A program made the translations under genes and the position numbers. Positions 61,414 to 64,000 of a stretch of DNA of 64,000 nt are shown here, in pieces. The DNA lies in assembly GCA_001949185.1 (NCBI GenBank), contig BDGG01000001.1, positions 510,128 to 574,127 of the forward strand, read 5' to 3'. The notes beneath the pieces are model-generated. The model was not told the DNA's origin. It was given only the letters and a program-made list of their open reading frames with translations, and did no database searches. Every line of letters begins with the position of its first letter. Position 1 is the first letter of the stretch. The stretch is from Ramazzottius varieornatus. Its lineage: Eukaryota; Animalia; Tardigrada.

Positions 61414-63515
61414 ATGATGGACCCAAGCGGACCGTTTGATATATTTGGGCTTCTTAAATCGAGCTACCCGGACGGAGCTACTACCAACACAATACCAGCC
61501 ACTGTCCATGTTGTGCTCGATGAATACCTGACTTCAGTCTGCAGCTCATGCTTGAAAATTCATGCGGACGACTCTAAACTATTACGGTGCTCCAGATGCT
61601 CCTTTCTTTATTACTGCTCTGCAACTTGTCAGGTCCGTCACCTCGGACACATGTACCTCAAACTTATTTCTTCCAGCTATGCGCTCGATTTATTGTCCTT
61701 GCGTGAAATTACAGAAGAACGACTGGACAAAGTCTCATCGAAATGAGTGTTCCATTCTGAAGATCATTCAGAAAACCCTGACGGATCAACCCACCAGTCT
61801 TGCTCGGCTGTTTGTCCGGATGTCGTTGAAAGTCCATGTAAGCCGGAGTTGTTGGGATTCGGCCTTCTAGATAAGAGGTACACGGGTACAAGGTATTGTT
61901 TGAGGTTTCTACTACAGGAAGTCGCAAGTGCTGACAGATATCGAACTCCGATGCCCGTGTCAAAATTCGAGTCAAACGAAAGCTGGTCACCGGGAGTGCT
62001 GAAATTGTTTGACAGTATCGCGAACTGCAAAGCCGTTTTTCTTAGCTGGAAACCTTTCTTAGAAGCTGTGGATCATCAGTTCGGCTGCCGAGCCAGCCCC
62101 AGTCAATCGGGCCAGTTTATGAGTGCCTTGGCCGACATGAAGGGGACGGCTTTTCCAGTCTATCCACCCGGCAATCAAAAGTACAACGAGAAGTACAACG
62201 GGAATGCGCCGATAGGCTACGGCACTTTTCAATTCAAAACAGCAATTCCTCTTTGCAAGCGAAATATCGCATTTGTAACCGTCGTCGACCCGATGCTTGG
62301 ACCAGTCTTGAAAACCAAAGCAGTACGACCCCTCAAGGCTGGTGATCGCGTATGCATATCCCCCTAATACCCGGATTCCTTCGTGTAGCACTTCTAACAT
62401 CGCTATTCTTCTTTCCTCTTGTAGCAGTTCTTCGGAAACGCACTGGACCCTTTGGCTACACCGGAGAACCAAAATCTTCATCTGATTTACCCGGAAGATT
62501 CTCATAATCAACTGCAGACAACCTATCCTCCCCATCCAATGGTGCTGTAATGCTTCTTAAAACTCACGAAACACGCCATCCTGCACCACACGCGTAAGGT
62601 CAAGCCCCGGTCCCAGAATTGTCACGTACCAATCCTCTGAGAGGTGTTTCGCGCGTATGTTGACGTGATTCGCGAGTTTCAAGAAGCATCACAGTACGTT
62701 AGCAAAAGTTCGTCGTCTGCAACCACTTAGTGCTCTGGTGTTGCAGTTCAACCTGTCCCATCGTTGGGAGCTTTTCTGCATGTACTGCAAACAAGCGACG
62801 GTCAAAAGCCTCAGCGATCCATGGTTCGGGTATTCAACAATGCCGGTGGCTGGTCAAGAGATGCTGTGTACTTCTTGTAACCGCTTATTTCCTTGTCCGC
62901 AGCGCTTTGCGCTGTTTCTTTCAAAGCTTACGGAGCTGACCACTCCATCAGCAAGAGAAAAGATGGCTCCGCCTAAACGACCACAGACTTCACTGGCTTA
63001 CCACATGGAAATGCTGCAACGGATGATGCCGCTAACACATTTGATGCAGGAGTCGGTACCTCTTGTAGCAAAATCGAGTGTAGCTGTAGGTTTAATTTAC
63101 CGAAAGATGGGACAACTGGCTGAAGAAAGCGACGATCCCGACGGAATGGCGTCGGCCTACAGGCAACTCCTGCCTATTGTCGAGTAAGTAAAGACCGCGA
63201 AAAGACACCTGACCCCTACTTACACCATTTTGCCCGAGTACGGGTATACTGGTTACTTTGTGAATCTTTCGCAGGAAACATCTGGATAAGTACGACCAGA
63301 ACGTATTCGATGCACTGGCTCGGTTGATCGTTTACCATCTGGAACGTCGAGAGATTGCTCAGGGACTCGTATACCTTGAAACAGCATGGGACCGTTTACG
63401 GTTTATTCCAGGAGAACACTCTTACGATTTTTACGTTGTTAATAAGCTATTGAAGGCGGCTAGGTGTGACAAGAAGTTTTCATTCGAGAGATTCTGCCAG
63501 GTCGAACCCAAGTAG
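61414..63515 (+). CDS. Divergent SMYD-like protein (MYND finger, degenerate SET, Cys-rich post-SET, TPR-like C-terminus), multi-exon
   Basis: CSSCLKIH...RCSRCSFLYYCSATCQ|KNDWTKSHRNEC is a MYND finger. KAVRPLKAGDR is the SET C-terminal turn. FCMYC...LCTSC Cys pairs precede a helical C-terminus. Middle exons (62.4-62.7 kb) not fully resolved. Confidence 0.78.
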
Positions 63516-63691
63516 ACGGCAGTTTGTCACAGACACTGATACAATATCGTAAACCTCAAGTATGCGTTAGTTTGTTCAGTGTGGTTAACCGGCTAGCGGC
63601 CATATGTATGCAGGGTCGAGAAAAACACATTTTTCGCAAATAGCTTATCTAAACTGAAACTTGTTCCGAATAATATGTACGAGAAGACGTT

Positions 63692-63820
63692 GCAAAGTTA
63701 GGCGGCTAGTGCCGGAGTTCTAAAGTAAGCCACCGGATATTAAAAGAATGCCATCGAAAGGTCTACGCTTTATAAGATGCGCCTAACTTTATAACCTCGG
63801 CTTACGCCGGCTAACTTTAT
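63692..63820. repeat. Short imperfect inverted repeat (possible MITE)
   Basis: aaagttaggcggctagtgccggagttctaaagt vs actttataacctcggcttacgccggctaacttt. Confidence 0.5.
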
Positions 63821-64000
63821 AACTTTCTCTCTTGGTGGAGTGTAGTGAGTGTTTAGCGTACATTGCTCTGCAATGCAAAAATGCCACCAGAAACAAAATT
63901 TAAATTTGTTAATTTTCATCGGTGTTTCAAAGTGAAGCAATTTATGCCGAAATTTGGAGTCGCTACTCCAAATTTGACATAATGCATATCACAGGAAAAT

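Overview
Eukaryotic (animal) genomic DNA with short GT-AG introns and dense gene packing. The style suggests a compact-genome invertebrate, possibly an ecdysozoan such as a tardigrade, but the taxon is only a guess. Genes in order: the 3' part of a multi-domain ACE/peptidase M2 gene (+); a transposon-rich interval (4.5-8.7 kb); a type II membrane SGNH/PC-esterase gene (+); a decayed SMYD-like pseudogene (-); TRIP12/ctrip HECT E3 ligase (+); an atypical cytosolic sulfotransferase (-); a SoxB2 (Sox21-type) gene and twist sitting in about 24 kb of mostly non-coding DNA; an orphan two-TM gene; SLC25A20 (+) tail-to-tail with ARPC4 (-); and an apparently intact divergent SMYD-like gene (+). Most notable: (i) a paralogous pair of MYND-SET-TPR genes whose SET cofactor motif is degenerate, one of them pseudogenised; (ii) a sulfotransferase with all three PAPS-binding motifs altered; (iii) an 18-nt micro-exon carrying the ACE HEMGH zinc motif; (iv) a ~110-bp palindromic element (AAGTGGCGCAC...GTGCGCCACTT) clustered in TRIP12 introns; (v) several MITE families with readable TIRs and TSDs. 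I found no prokaryote-type system (CRISPR, operon) and no clearly new multi-gene system. Exon boundaries were read by eye.
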